64,000 nucleotides of DNA, from NCBI GenBank assembly GCA_965237415.1, contig CBDEFM010000001.1, forward strand, positions 32,001 through 96,000. The letters are read 5' to 3'. This DNA comes from Alphaproteobacteria bacterium (GTDB lineage: Bacteria > Pseudomonadota > Alphaproteobacteria > UBA828). The notes beneath the pieces are model-generated. The model did no database searches, was not told the origin of the DNA, and worked only from the letters and a program-made list of their open reading frames with translations. Made by a program: the position numbers and the translations under genes. Positions 8,701-17,615 of the stretch are shown here, piece after piece (position 1 is the stretch's first letter; each line of letters begins with the position of its first letter).

Positions 8701-10748
8701 TTCCGTTCTTCCTCACGGGCTACCGGGAAGTGATGGCGCGGGCTGCGGCGCTGGCGCAGATCGAGGACCTCCCGGAGGACATGCGCCGCCTTACCGGCAC
8801 CATGCTGGCGGAACACGAGGGGCATCTCGCGCGTGACCGCGAGGTGCGCGGCCTCGTCGAGCGCGTGCGCGACCATTGGCGGCGCTGGCCGGAGCTCGGC
8901 TGGGCGGCCTCCGCGCAGGGACTGCCCATCGAGGAGCTTGCCGAACACGATACCTGGCGCGAGGAAGGGGTGGCGCTTCTGGAGGCGGGCCGTGCCAGGC
9001 TCGGGGCGGACGGCGAGGCCGCACGCCATCTCCGTGCCATGCCGGGAGCGCGCGCCGGCCTGGAAGAGGCCATCGAGATGCTCGAGCGCACGCGGCTCCT
9101 CGACAATGCCGAACGCTTCGAACGGGCGTGGCCAGCGCTTCGCGAAGGGGCCTCGGAGATCGGCGTCCCGGAGCTGCATGCGCCCGGCCACCGGCTGGTG
9201 GCGGAGTTGGGCGAAAGGCTCGAGGCCGCCGAGGGGATCGATGCGCATGTACGGCGCGCGCTGGCGGAATGGCGGGAGGTCGAAGCGGCGCAGGTGGCGC
9301 TGGCGGAAGAGGTGCGCACCCTGCCCGGCCGCATCGCGGCGTGGCGGGAACGCCGGGCGGACCTGCCGCAGGACGAGCCCGGCGGGCTCGATCCGAAACA
9401 TCCCGCTCGCCGCGCCTGGCGCGAGGAAGGCGGTGCACTGGAGGCAGTGGCCGGGGACATGCTGCACCCCAAGAGCGTCCACGCGCCGCACCTGGCCGCC
9501 ATGCCGGGTGAGCGCAAGGCGCTGGTCGAGGCAACGAGCAGCCTCGAGAGCGCGCTGCTCGCGGTCGAGGCGCGGGAGAAGAACGTGCTGTCTGCGGTCG
9601 TGCGGCGGTCGGCGGACGAGCTCCGCCGAGACTGGAAGGCGCACCTCGCTGAGGCCGGGGCTGTCCGCGTCGATCCCTTCTACGTTCCGGGGCACGAAGA
9701 ACTCATCGACCGCCTGCAAAAGCTACGCGCCGACCCTGCCGTCGAGGAACTGCCCGAACGAGAACGCAACCAGATCGACTCCATCCTCGAACAAGACACG
9801 CGCCAGACCAAAGCCATCTTGCACGTCGACAACCATCTCGCCGAGGTCCAACGCTGCCGCAACCACCTCCAGGAGCTCCAGGATCTGGCATATACGTACA
9901 GACTCAAGCTTGAGAAGGTGCACTCCTACGACGAATGGCACGACACCGCAGAGCGCCTCTTCGCGGCGGGGAAGGCCATCACCGATGACCGGAAAACCTA
10001 CGGACCCTGCCTCGAACACCACCCCGGCGCCTGGAGCGGCGTCCACGCCGGCATCCGCGAGCTCGGCACGGCCCTGGGCCGCGCCACCACCTCCCTCCAT
10101 CACCGGCACCCCGAGCTTTACCTCGACCCCATCACCCGGCCCGTTCCCGACTCACAGCAGGCCATGGACGCCGACGCGAGCTACCGCCGCCTCCGCGACC
10201 AATGGCACACGCACGTCGCCCTGGCGGAGACCAGCCAAGCCCACCCCTACCACCTCAAGGGCCACGCCGCGCTCATCGACGCCATGCGCGAGCTACGCAA
10301 CCTGCCCGATCTCGCCACAAACGCTCAGCAGGCCCTCGATACCCTGCTCCACGACTACACCCCACTCCAACAGGTCCGACAGCACATCCACGCCTGTCTC
10401 GACAAAGCCGAGCACGCCTTGGAGGAGTACCAGCGCTTCAAGGACACCGTGCAAAAGCTTAGCCCACTGGACGTCGGCCTTGAGGACATCGAGGGCTATG
10501 GCGAATGGAAGGACCGCGCCCTGCGCCTGGCCGACGCCGGCGAGGCCATCCTCGCCGACCCGGAACGCTTCAGCATCCACCTCGACGACCACCCCGACGA
10601 CGCCAAGCGCATCCGTTCCAGCGTCGCACTCCTCAACACCGCCCTCGGGCGGGACGACGCATCCGAGCGTCGCGAACGACATCAATCCCTGTCCGAAGAC
10701 GAGAAGACCGCCGAACGCCTTTCACAACGCCGCGGCATCAAGCTCTAG
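5730..10748 (+). CDS. MOBF (TrwC/TraI-like) conjugative relaxase-helicase with repetitive C-terminal extension
   Basis: Y17Y18/Y23Y24 (IYYERDGYY), RPGWDITLSAPKSVS, HUH motif FRHLASRDQDPQLHTHCVLAN; SF1B helicase motifs GHAGSGKTT, VDEASM, GDTKQL and HAYCSTVHSAQGRT. Confidence 0.93.
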   Translation: MTATVVVVRSSGKAVIYYERDGYYLKNDPEHRQASFWYGDAAKALGLRAHVRPSRFEAVLSGYVPGTDLRLGRMREGQHEHRPGWDITLSAPKSVSLEALVMGDRRVIRAHDEAVRATLDFVEAELLQTRGWDPATRRRPRVSANGMVVAGFRHLASRDQDPQLHTHCVLANMTRTASGEWRSVEPTKIRRSQKLIGAYYRNELARRLQALGMAVAPRMVGPVPGFELAGYERSFIDAFSGRRRAILEYLEQKELSYTAENTQMAALHTRRRKEDRTLADLVPEWRARAQALGLVRERMALRPPRPLDPLTGEQVRVPRVPAPDLPANEIRSQKRAPALPKLPRDGVSEGAEARLTGAGFRAPAELLLKPERGVLEAVARAVAHVAERRTAVPEAEIRAVALGHAPGRYTLAEIDAAIARLVRDGELIEVERRGMDRAFVTDRAVKAERRVLASMRAGRGKGMALANGEMVEKRLEPSRLTRGQREAVRTVLLSNDLVIGVQGHAGSGKTTMLSEVKELLGERKIQGLAPSAVAARVLAREAGIPTRTLQYFLTRFGDLSDPERLARAQAEYAGAVLAVDEASMTGSVRMEALLRVARALKVARVVLVGDTKQLKAVDAGQPFRLLQKAGMATATMKEVKRQRDPELRAAVGLAREGEPGAAIAGLGNRVREAPQEELGLEAGRRWLALAPEHRADTLILAPTHAICRQANEAVREGLAEEGLLRGRTLAVDRLVNRRLTRVQASDIRSYEPGDTVVFHRDVFGCRANDVCIVMGHDDGRVVLAHADGERRFRPSGNAAGYLGLYDTERIELRAGDLIRWTRNRKAPLARGNHPQAPDLVNGGEAEIVEIGYKRVRFRDGEREFSIALTDPQLRHLDHAYCSTVHSAQGRTARGAIAVLDAGGWVDPELFHVELSRVSEAFLLLTDDREALTDDREALIERLEAQDWSEDGALEALGIDLSEPPVVDPEEFAALAADWRALLREGEERNTVPFFLTGYREVMARAAALAQIEDLPEDMRRLTGTMLAEHEGHLARDREVRGLVERVRDHWRRWPELGWAASAQGLPIEELAEHDTWREEGVALLEAGRARLGADGEAARHLRAMPGARAGLEEAIEMLERTRLLDNAERFERAWPALREGASEIGVPELHAPGHRLVAELGERLEAAEGIDAHVRRALAEWREVEAAQVALAEEVRTLPGRIAAWRERRADLPQDEPGGLDPKHPARRAWREEGGALEAVAGDMLHPKSVHAPHLAAMPGERKALVEATSSLESALLAVEAREKNVLSAVVRRSADELRRDWKAHLAEAGAVRVDPFYVPGHEELIDRLQKLRADPAVEELPERERNQIDSILEQDTRQTKAILHVDNHLAEVQRCRNHLQELQDLAYTYRLKLEKVHSYDEWHDTAERLFAAGKAITDDRKTYGPCLEHHPGAWSGVHAGIRELGTALGRATTSLHHRHPELYLDPITRPVPDSQQAMDADASYRRLRDQWHTHVALAETSQAHPYHLKGHAALIDAMRELRNLPDLATNAQQALDTLLHDYTPLQQVRQHIHACLDKAEHALEEYQRFKDTVQKLSPLDVGLEDIEGYGEWKDRALRLADAGEAILADPERFSIHLDDHPDDAKRIRSSVALLNTALGRDDASERRERHQSLSEDEKTAERLSQRRGIKL

Positions 10749-10856
10749 CGCTCGTCACAATTGGCATCCAGCGACACTGGATGGGCTCCCCAGTTCTCCC
10801 TGACTTCAGCGGGGTCCGTGACGACCACGGCCCACGGAACCCTTCCCATGAATCCG

Positions 10857-11603
10857 CTAGCCTTCGCTCCCCTTGGCGCCATTGGGCTGCTTGGCCGCGA
10901 AGGCCTGTCGCACGAGCTCCATCGCGTAAGCAATCTGGCGGGCGTTATCCACCTCCAGCTGGACGTCGCCGTTGCCCCAGAGCCCGAGATTGGTGATGTC
11001 GGCCGCAAGCCCGCGCGGATCGGAGATTTCGTCGAAGCGCATGTTGAGGGTGAGCAGGAGCCGGCGCTTCTGCGGCACGATGTCTGTGAAGTTGGTCTGC
11101 GTCTTGTAGGCGACGTAGTGCCTCGTGAACTCTTCGCGGACCTCCGGCGCGAGGCCGAGGATCTCCTGCCTGACCGCCTCGAAGAGGTCGTGCATCGGCG
11201 CGCCGGGACGCAGATGCGGGTGATGCTCGATGGCGTAGCGGCCGGCGCCGGCGCGCGGGGTCCTGTACGGTTCGAGGACGCGGTCGGGGAGAACCGGACG
11301 CTTCCAGATCCCGACCGCCTCGTCAGCGAGACGCGCGCCGCGGGCGCGGATGGTATCGCCGTCCCAGCGCTCCGTCTGCCGCAGGTCGGCGTTCAACCGC
11401 AGTGGGCTGTCGCGGTATCCCTTCTCGGCATCGCGCTTGTCGCGGAACGGCCTGTTGCCCATCTCCGGGTTGAAGGCGGTGAGGGTCAGGTTGCCGAGGG
11501 TATGGCGGAGGCTCTGCCAGGTCTGCGCCCAGTCGGGCCCGAGCTCGGCCTTCCATGTTTCCGGCAGGCGTTCGCCCTGCGGCATGATGTGATCGACCGT
11601 GTA
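10857..11603 (-). pseudogene. 5'-truncated GmrSD-like type IV restriction nuclease (DUF1524 HNH plus DUF5655-like C-terminus)
   Basis: YTVDHIMPQ...HTLGNLTLTAFNPEMGNRPF...SPLRLN, then HYVAYKTQTNFTDIVPQKRRL...GLWGNGDVQL. N-terminal DUF262 part is absent. Confidence 0.8.
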
Positions 11604-11604
11604 A

Positions 11605-12567
11605 GGCGGCCACGACGTGACGTTCGTCGACATCGTGGACGACCACGTCGACGCGATCGCGACGACCGGGCTTGCGATCGAGGGCCCGGTCGACCGCTTT
11701 ACCGCCACCGCGCCCGCCGTCACGCCCGACGCGCTGAGCGGCCGATACGGGCGCGCGCTTCTCTGCGTAAAGGGCCAGGACACGGACGCGGCGGTGCGCC
11801 GCCTCGCGCCATTCCTCGCCGATGACGGCTACGCCGTCTCCGTTCAGAACGGCCTCAACGAGCACACGATGGCAACGGTGCTGGGGCGCGAGCGCGTGAT
11901 CGGCTGCTTCGTCAATTTCGGAGCGGATTACATTGAACCTGGCCGTGTCCACTATGGCGGCCGCGGGGCCGTCGTGCTGGGCGAGCTCGACGGGCGGATG
12001 ACGCCGCGGCTCGACGCGCTCATCGATGTGTTCCGCGACTTCGAGAGCAACGCCCGGGCGAGCGCGAATATCTGGGGATACCTGTGGGGCAAGCTCGGCT
12101 ACGGCGCGCTGCTTTTCGCGACCGCGCTCGCCGATGATTCCATCGCCGACGCGCTGGCGCAACCGGCTCATCGCACGCTCTACCGCGCGCTCGGCGAAGA
12201 AGTCATGCGGGTCGCGCACGCCGGCGGCATTGCGCCCGAGGGCTTCAACGGCTTCGATCCTGCCGGCTTCGTCCCCGGCGCGGACGCGGCGGCTACCGAA
12301 CGTTCGATGTCGGCCATGGTGGCCCACAACCGCGGCTCGGCGAAATCGCACAGCGGGGTGTGGCGCGATCTCGCCGTCCGCAAGCGGCCGACGGAGGTTG
12401 AGCCGATGGTCGGCGCCGTCGCCCGCGAGGCCGCCCGGCACAGCATCGACACGCCTCTCCTGGCCCGGCTCACCGCCATGATCCACGAGATCGAGGAGGG
12501 ACGGCGCCCGCTCGATCGCGCCAACATCGACGCGCTCGCAGGCGAGGCGGCGCGACTGGCGGCCTGA
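11605..12567 (+). pseudogene. Ketopantoate reductase (PanE/ApbA) family, N-terminal Rossmann motif missing
   Basis: Frame begins GGHDVTFVD directly after in-frame TAA (11602-11604); LCVKGQDT, SVQNGLNE, LWGKL, RPTEVE present; no GxGxxG. Confidence 0.75.
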
Positions 12568-12571
12568 ACTG

Positions 12572-13339
12572 ATGGAAACAGCGTTCCGCGACAAGACGGC
12601 GATCGTCACCGGTGCGGGCCACGGCTTTGGCCGGGCCATTGCCCATGCCTTCGCCGTCCGGGGCGCGTGGGTCTTCGGCTGCGACATCAACGAGGACGCC
12701 CTCGCCATGACCGCGCGCGAGGCCCCGGCCGGCGACAGGCTGAGTGTGGGGCGGCTCGATGTCACGGACCGCGCCGCCGTTCGAACCTACGTCGATACGG
12801 CCCAGGCGCGAACCGGCGCCGTCGATATCCTCGTCAACAATGCCGGCGGGGTGCTCGGCCAAGTCGGGCAGCCCATCGAGGCGGTCGCCGCCGAGGACTG
12901 GCAGGCGCTCGTCGATGTCAACATGACCGCCGTTTTCACCATGGCGCAAGCGGTCGCCGCCGCGATGAAGGCGAAGGGGTCGGGCCGGGTGGTCAACATC
13001 TCGAGCGGCGCCGGGCTGCGCTACAGCCTGACCGGCATCCAGGCCTACGCTGCGGCCAAGGCCGGGCAGATCGGCCTCACCCGCCAGCTCGCGTTCGAGC
13101 TGGGACCTTACGGCATCACCGTCAACAGCATCGCCCCCGGCTTCGTTCGCTCCAACCCGGCGAGCGAGCGTCAGTGGCACGCGATGAAGGCCGAAGGTCA
13201 GGCTGCGCTGATCGAGAGCATGGCGACCCGGCGCCTCGGCTCGGTGGACGACATCGTCCATGCCGTCCTCTTCTTCGCGTCCGAGCAGTCGGGCTGGATC
13301 ACCGGCCAGACCCTCTCCGTGGACGGGGGGCGGCTGTGA
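12572..13339 (+). CDS. SDR family oxidoreductase (FabG-like)
   Basis: TGAGHGFG, NNAGG, YAAAK, SVDGG. Confidence 0.9.
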   Translation: METAFRDKTAIVTGAGHGFGRAIAHAFAVRGAWVFGCDINEDALAMTAREAPAGDRLSVGRLDVTDRAAVRTYVDTAQARTGAVDILVNNAGGVLGQVGQPIEAVAAEDWQALVDVNMTAVFTMAQAVAAAMKAKGSGRVVNISSGAGLRYSLTGIQAYAAAKAGQIGLTRQLAFELGPYGITVNSIAPGFVRSNPASERQWHAMKAEGQAALIESMATRRLGSVDDIVHAVLFFASEQSGWITGQTLSVDGGRL

Positions 13340-14739
13340 CACCGGCCGGCTATCTGGAGGCTCATCGCGATCGCTTCGTGGACGAGCTCCACGCCTTCGT
13401 CCGCATCCCCAGTATCAGCACCGACCCCGCCTATGCCGGGTCGATCGAGGAGGCCGCGCGCTACGTGGCGGCCCGGATGGAGAGCGCAGGCCTGGAGAAC
13501 GCGGCCCTCCTGCCGACGGAGGGCCACCCCCTGGTCTATGCCGACTGGTTGCACGCCGGCGACGCGCCGACGGTGCTGGTCTACGGCCACTACGACGTGC
13601 AGCCGGCCGATCCATTGGCGGACTGGACGAGCCCGCCCTTCGAGCCCGAGGTGCGGGACGACCGGCTCTACGGCCGCGGCGTCTCGGACGACAAGGGACC
13701 GATGTTCATCCCGGTTTGCGTGGCGGAAGCCTTCCTGCGGACCACCGAGCGCCTGCCCGTCAACCTCAAGTTCGTGATCGAAGGCGAGGAGGAGATGGGG
13801 AGCGCCCATCTCGCGGCCGGGGTACAGCGCTATCGCGACCGCCTGCAGGCCGACCTGGTTCTCTCGGCGGACGGTGCGCAGTGGCGGCCCGACCTCGTCA
13901 CCGTGAATGTCGCCAATCGCGGCATCGTATCCCTCAACCTCTCCCTGACGACAGCCGCCAAGGATCTCCATTCGGGTCGCTACGGCGGCACCGTCGCCAA
14001 CGCCGCGCATGCGCTGGGCCGCCTCGTGGCGAGCTTCCACGACGAGACGGGTCGCGTCGCCGTTGCCGGCTTCTACGACGACGTTCGCCCCCCGACCCGG
14101 TCCGAGCGCGAGGCGATGACCGCGATTCCCTTCGACGAGGCGGCGTATCTCGCCGCCGTCGGCGCGGCGTCGCCGGTCGGGGAGCCCGGCTACTCCACGC
14201 TCGAGCGCCAGTGGCTCCGACCCACTCTCGACGTCAACGGCCTCGGCTGCGGCTATCAGGGACCCGGAGTCAAGACGGTGATCCCGCACCGCGCCCAGGT
14301 CAAGATCTCGTGCCGGCTGGTGCCGGATCAGACGCCCCAGCGCATCCGCGCGTTGTTGGAGCGCCATTGCGAACGGCACGCGCCGCAAGGCATCAGGCTC
14401 GCGTTTGCCGATGATGGGATCGGCATGCCGCCGGCGAGCGTGCGCGAAGACCATCCGGCGCTCGCCGTCGTCGAGGATGTGCTGGAGGAGGTGCGCGGCG
14501 CGCGCCCGCTGCGCGTCCGTATGGGAGGGTCGATCCCCATCGGCGGCATCTTCCGCACCGAGTTGGGAATCGAGACGGTGTTCTTCTCGTTTTCGACGGG
14601 AGACGAGGACTTCCACGCACCCAACGAGTTCTTCCGCCTGTCGAGCTTTCGCGACGGGCTCTTGGCCTGGGAACGCTGCTTCGAGCGGCTCGGGCAGCAG
14701 ACCGCTGCGCATTACGCGCCGTTCCGCCACATCGGCTAG
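13336..14739 (+). CDS. M20 family dipeptidase
   Basis: GTGA overlap; YGHYDVQP, GRGVSDDKG, EGEEEMGS, DLHSG, FHAPNE. Confidence 0.9.
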   Translation: MTPAGYLEAHRDRFVDELHAFVRIPSISTDPAYAGSIEEAARYVAARMESAGLENAALLPTEGHPLVYADWLHAGDAPTVLVYGHYDVQPADPLADWTSPPFEPEVRDDRLYGRGVSDDKGPMFIPVCVAEAFLRTTERLPVNLKFVIEGEEEMGSAHLAAGVQRYRDRLQADLVLSADGAQWRPDLVTVNVANRGIVSLNLSLTTAAKDLHSGRYGGTVANAAHALGRLVASFHDETGRVAVAGFYDDVRPPTRSEREAMTAIPFDEAAYLAAVGAASPVGEPGYSTLERQWLRPTLDVNGLGCGYQGPGVKTVIPHRAQVKISCRLVPDQTPQRIRALLERHCERHAPQGIRLAFADDGIGMPPASVREDHPALAVVEDVLEEVRGARPLRVRMGGSIPIGGIFRTELGIETVFFSFSTGDEDFHAPNEFFRLSSFRDGLLAWERCFERLGQQTAAHYAPFRHIG

Positions 14740-15010
14740 CTCGGCCCTCATCTCGAACCGGTCTTGAACGTTTGTTCGTCGAGGTGTGGGCCCCTTGGGG
14801 CAGACATTTTTTGCGCGGCTGATTTGACCGGGGAGCGTGCCGAGGACCTGTACGACGAGACCGGGGGGCTCCTGATGCGAAGCCGCCGGCGGCCGCCGAC
14901 TGCGCCCGTCGTGTGGCACCCGCGCGGAGCGCGCGATGCATTGCGTTCGCGGCACCCTGCTGACACGCTCGCCCGGCGCAGCGGGTACGCGACAGGCCGA
15001 GGAGGCGAGT

Positions 15011-15820
15011 ATGGAAGGCTACGACGGCTACACCACGATGACTTTCGCGCGCGAGCGGCGCGTGCTCACCGTGACGTTCAACCGGCCCGCCGTCCTCAAC
15101 GCCGTGAGCGCGGCCATGCACAGCGAGATGGCGCGGCTCTTCTACGACATCGCCACCGATCATGAGACCGACATCGTCGTGCTCACCGGCGCGGGGCGCG
15201 CCTTCTGCGCCGGCAGCGACATGGACTGGCTCCAGAGCGCGGTCGACGACATCTCCGTCTTCGATCAGATCGCCGTCGAGGCGAAGCGGATCGTGTTCGG
15301 CCTCCTCGACCTGGAGAAGCCGGTCATCTGCCGGCTCAACGGCGACGCGGTCGGGCTCGGGGCCACGGTCGCGCTCTTCTGCGACATCATCATCGCTGCG
15401 GACGATGCACGGATCGGCGATCTCCACGTCAATATCGGGCTCTCGGCGGGCGATGGCGGGGCGATCATCTGGCCTCAGCTCATCGGCTACCCGCGCGCCA
15501 AGGAGTTCCTGATGACCGGCCGGCTGATCGACGGCGCCGAGGCGGCGGCGCTCGGCCTCGTGAACGAGGCGGTGCCGGCCGACGAGCTCGATGCCCGCGT
15601 CGAGCGGATGGTCGGCAAGCTGGAGCGGGGCGCGACCCAGGCGATCCGCTACACCAAGGTCTCGATCAACATCGGCCTCAAACAGCTCGCGCACGCGATG
15701 ATGGACGCCTCCATCGCCTACGAAAGCCTGACCAACGTCTCCGCCGACCATCGCGAAGGGCTCGCAGCCTTCCGCGAGCGCCGCAAGCCCGCGTTCGGCC
15801 GCGGCCGGGGGCGCTCGTGA
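15011..15820 (+). CDS. Enoyl-CoA hydratase/isomerase family
   Basis: RBS GGAGG; FNRPAVLNA, GAGRAFCAGSD, DHREGLAAFRERRKPAF. Confidence 0.9.
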   Translation: MEGYDGYTTMTFARERRVLTVTFNRPAVLNAVSAAMHSEMARLFYDIATDHETDIVVLTGAGRAFCAGSDMDWLQSAVDDISVFDQIAVEAKRIVFGLLDLEKPVICRLNGDAVGLGATVALFCDIIIAADDARIGDLHVNIGLSAGDGGAIIWPQLIGYPRAKEFLMTGRLIDGAEAAALGLVNEAVPADELDARVERMVGKLERGATQAIRYTKVSINIGLKQLAHAMMDASIAYESLTNVSADHREGLAAFRERRKPAFGRGRGRS

Positions 15821-17607
15821 GGCGCGCCGCGGCCGCGCGAGCCGATAGCGGAAAGCTTCCGGGGTGGGACCTCTCCGACCTCTACCCCAGCCCTGATTCG
15901 GACGAACTCCGTCGCGACCTGGACCGCGCAGCAGCGGCGGCATCCGCGCTGCAAGAAGAATTCGCGGGCTCGGTCGCCGCCCTGAGCGGCGAGGCCCTGG
16001 GCGGCCTAATCGCCCGTTACGAGGCGATCAAGGAGACCCTGGAGCGGCTCACGAGCTACGCCTACCTCGTCTACTGCACGGCGATGGACGACGCCGAGAC
16101 GGCGCAGTTCTTCCAGACCGTTCGCGAAGAGACCACCGCCACGGAAAGCCGGCTGCTCTTCCTCACGCTCGAACTCAACCGGATCGAGGACGACGCGCTC
16201 GAGGATAAGCTCAAGGCACCGGCGCTCGCCCGCTACGCGCCCTGGGTGCGGGACGTGCGGGCGTTTCGTCCCTTCCAGCTTTCCGACGAGGTGGAGCGGC
16301 TCCTGCTCGAGAAGCAGGTCGCCGGCCGCGCGGCCTGGATGCGGCTCTTCGACGAGACCATGGCGGCGCTGCGCTTCTCCGTGCGGGGCGAGGCGCTCAG
16401 CAGTGCCGAGGCGCTGAACCTGCTCTCGGACAAGGATCGCGACGTGCGCAGGGAGGCGGCGCAGGCGCTCGGTACCGTGCTCGGCGAGAACGTGCGCACC
16501 TTCGCGCTCATCACCAACACGCTCGCCAAGGACAAGGAGATCGAGGACCAGTGGCGCGGATTCGAGCGGCCGATCTCCGCGCGCAATCTGGGCAACAGGG
16601 TCGAGGACGAGGTGGTGGACGCACTGATCGCGGCCGTCGAGGCCGCGGCGCCGCGTCTTGCGCATCGCTACTACGCGCTCAAGGCGCGCTGGATGGGCGT
16701 GGACCGCCTCGACTACTGGGACCGCAACGCGCCGCTGCCCGAAGACGACGATCGGACGGTCGGCTGGGACGAGGCCATATCAACCGTGCTCGCGGCCTAC
16801 CGCGCCTTCTCACCCGAACTTGCTGGAATCGGCCAGCGCTTCTTCGAGAATGACTGGATCGACGTGCCCGTGCGCAACGGCAAATCGCCCGGCGCCTTCG
16901 CCCACCCCACGGTGCCGGGCGCCCATCCCTACCTGCTGCTCAACTATCAGGGCAAGGCGCGCGACGTGATGATTCTGGCCCACGAGCTCGGCCACGGAGT
17001 CCACCAGGTGCTCGCGGGCGGACAGGGCCTCTTGCTGGCGGAAACCCCGCTGACCCTCGCCGAGACCGCCTCGGTGTTCGGCGAGCAGCTCACCTTCCGC
17101 GCCCTGCTCGATGGCGAGAGCGAGCCTGAGCGCCGCCGGGTGATGCTGGCCGGCAAGGTCGAGGACATGCTCAACACGGTGGTGCGCCAGGTCGCCTTCT
17201 GTGCCTTCGAGCGGCGCGTGCACGAGGAGCGCCGCGCCGGCGAGCTCACGCCAGACCGCCTCTCCGAGCATTGGCTGGCGGTGCAAAGCGAGAGCCTAGG
17301 CCCGGCGCTGCGCTTCCACGACGAATACCGGTTCTACTGGGCCTACATCCCCCACTTCATCCACGCGCCCTTCTACGTCTACGCCTATGCCTTCGGCGAG
17401 TGCCTGGTGAACGCGCTCTACGCCGTCTATCGCGCCGAGCCGGCAGGCTTCGAGGAGAAATACCTGGACATGCTGCGGGCAGGCAGCAGCCTCAGGCACC
17501 GGGAGTTGTTGGCGCCGTTCGGCCTCGACGCGAGCGAGCCTGCATTCTGGTCGCGCGGCCTGGACGTAATCGCGGGCTTCGTCGACGAGCTGGAGGCGGC
17601 GCTCTAA
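15817..17607 (+). CDS. pepF: M3B oligoendopeptidase F
   Basis: WDLSDLY N-terminus, HELGH zinc motif, LAETASVFGE, HFIHAPFYVYAYAFG. Confidence 0.9.
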   Translation: MRRAAAARADSGKLPGWDLSDLYPSPDSDELRRDLDRAAAAASALQEEFAGSVAALSGEALGGLIARYEAIKETLERLTSYAYLVYCTAMDDAETAQFFQTVREETTATESRLLFLTLELNRIEDDALEDKLKAPALARYAPWVRDVRAFRPFQLSDEVERLLLEKQVAGRAAWMRLFDETMAALRFSVRGEALSSAEALNLLSDKDRDVRREAAQALGTVLGENVRTFALITNTLAKDKEIEDQWRGFERPISARNLGNRVEDEVVDALIAAVEAAAPRLAHRYYALKARWMGVDRLDYWDRNAPLPEDDDRTVGWDEAISTVLAAYRAFSPELAGIGQRFFENDWIDVPVRNGKSPGAFAHPTVPGAHPYLLLNYQGKARDVMILAHELGHGVHQVLAGGQGLLLAETPLTLAETASVFGEQLTFRALLDGESEPERRRVMLAGKVEDMLNTVVRQVAFCAFERRVHEERRAGELTPDRLSEHWLAVQSESLGPALRFHDEYRFYWAYIPHFIHAPFYVYAYAFGECLVNALYAVYRAEPAGFEEKYLDMLRAGSSLRHRELLAPFGLDASEPAFWSRGLDVIAGFVDELEAAL

Positions 17608-17615
17608 ACCGGTTT

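Larger units (their letters stand above)
3652..11603. mobile_element. Integrated, probably degenerate mobilisable element (3 RHH genes, MOBF relaxase, truncated GmrSD-like cargo)
   Basis: AT-richer non-coding start, relaxase module and defence-gene remnant. No integrase, T4SS or coupling protein seen. Boundaries approximate. Confidence 0.6.

Noticed and set aside
8833-10803. 656-aa alternative-frame ORF overlapping the relaxase tail
   Set aside because: Low-complexity S/T/P/R-rich frame typical of +1 shadows; the relaxase frame carries the conserved repeat motifs.
12667-13335. N-terminal extensions in the ORF track (M20 peptidase 690 aa, coq7 353 aa, lpxB 629 aa, csp 555 aa, deacetylase 572 aa)
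   Set aside because: Extensions overlap neighbouring genuine genes; true starts were reassigned to downstream codons matching family N-termini.
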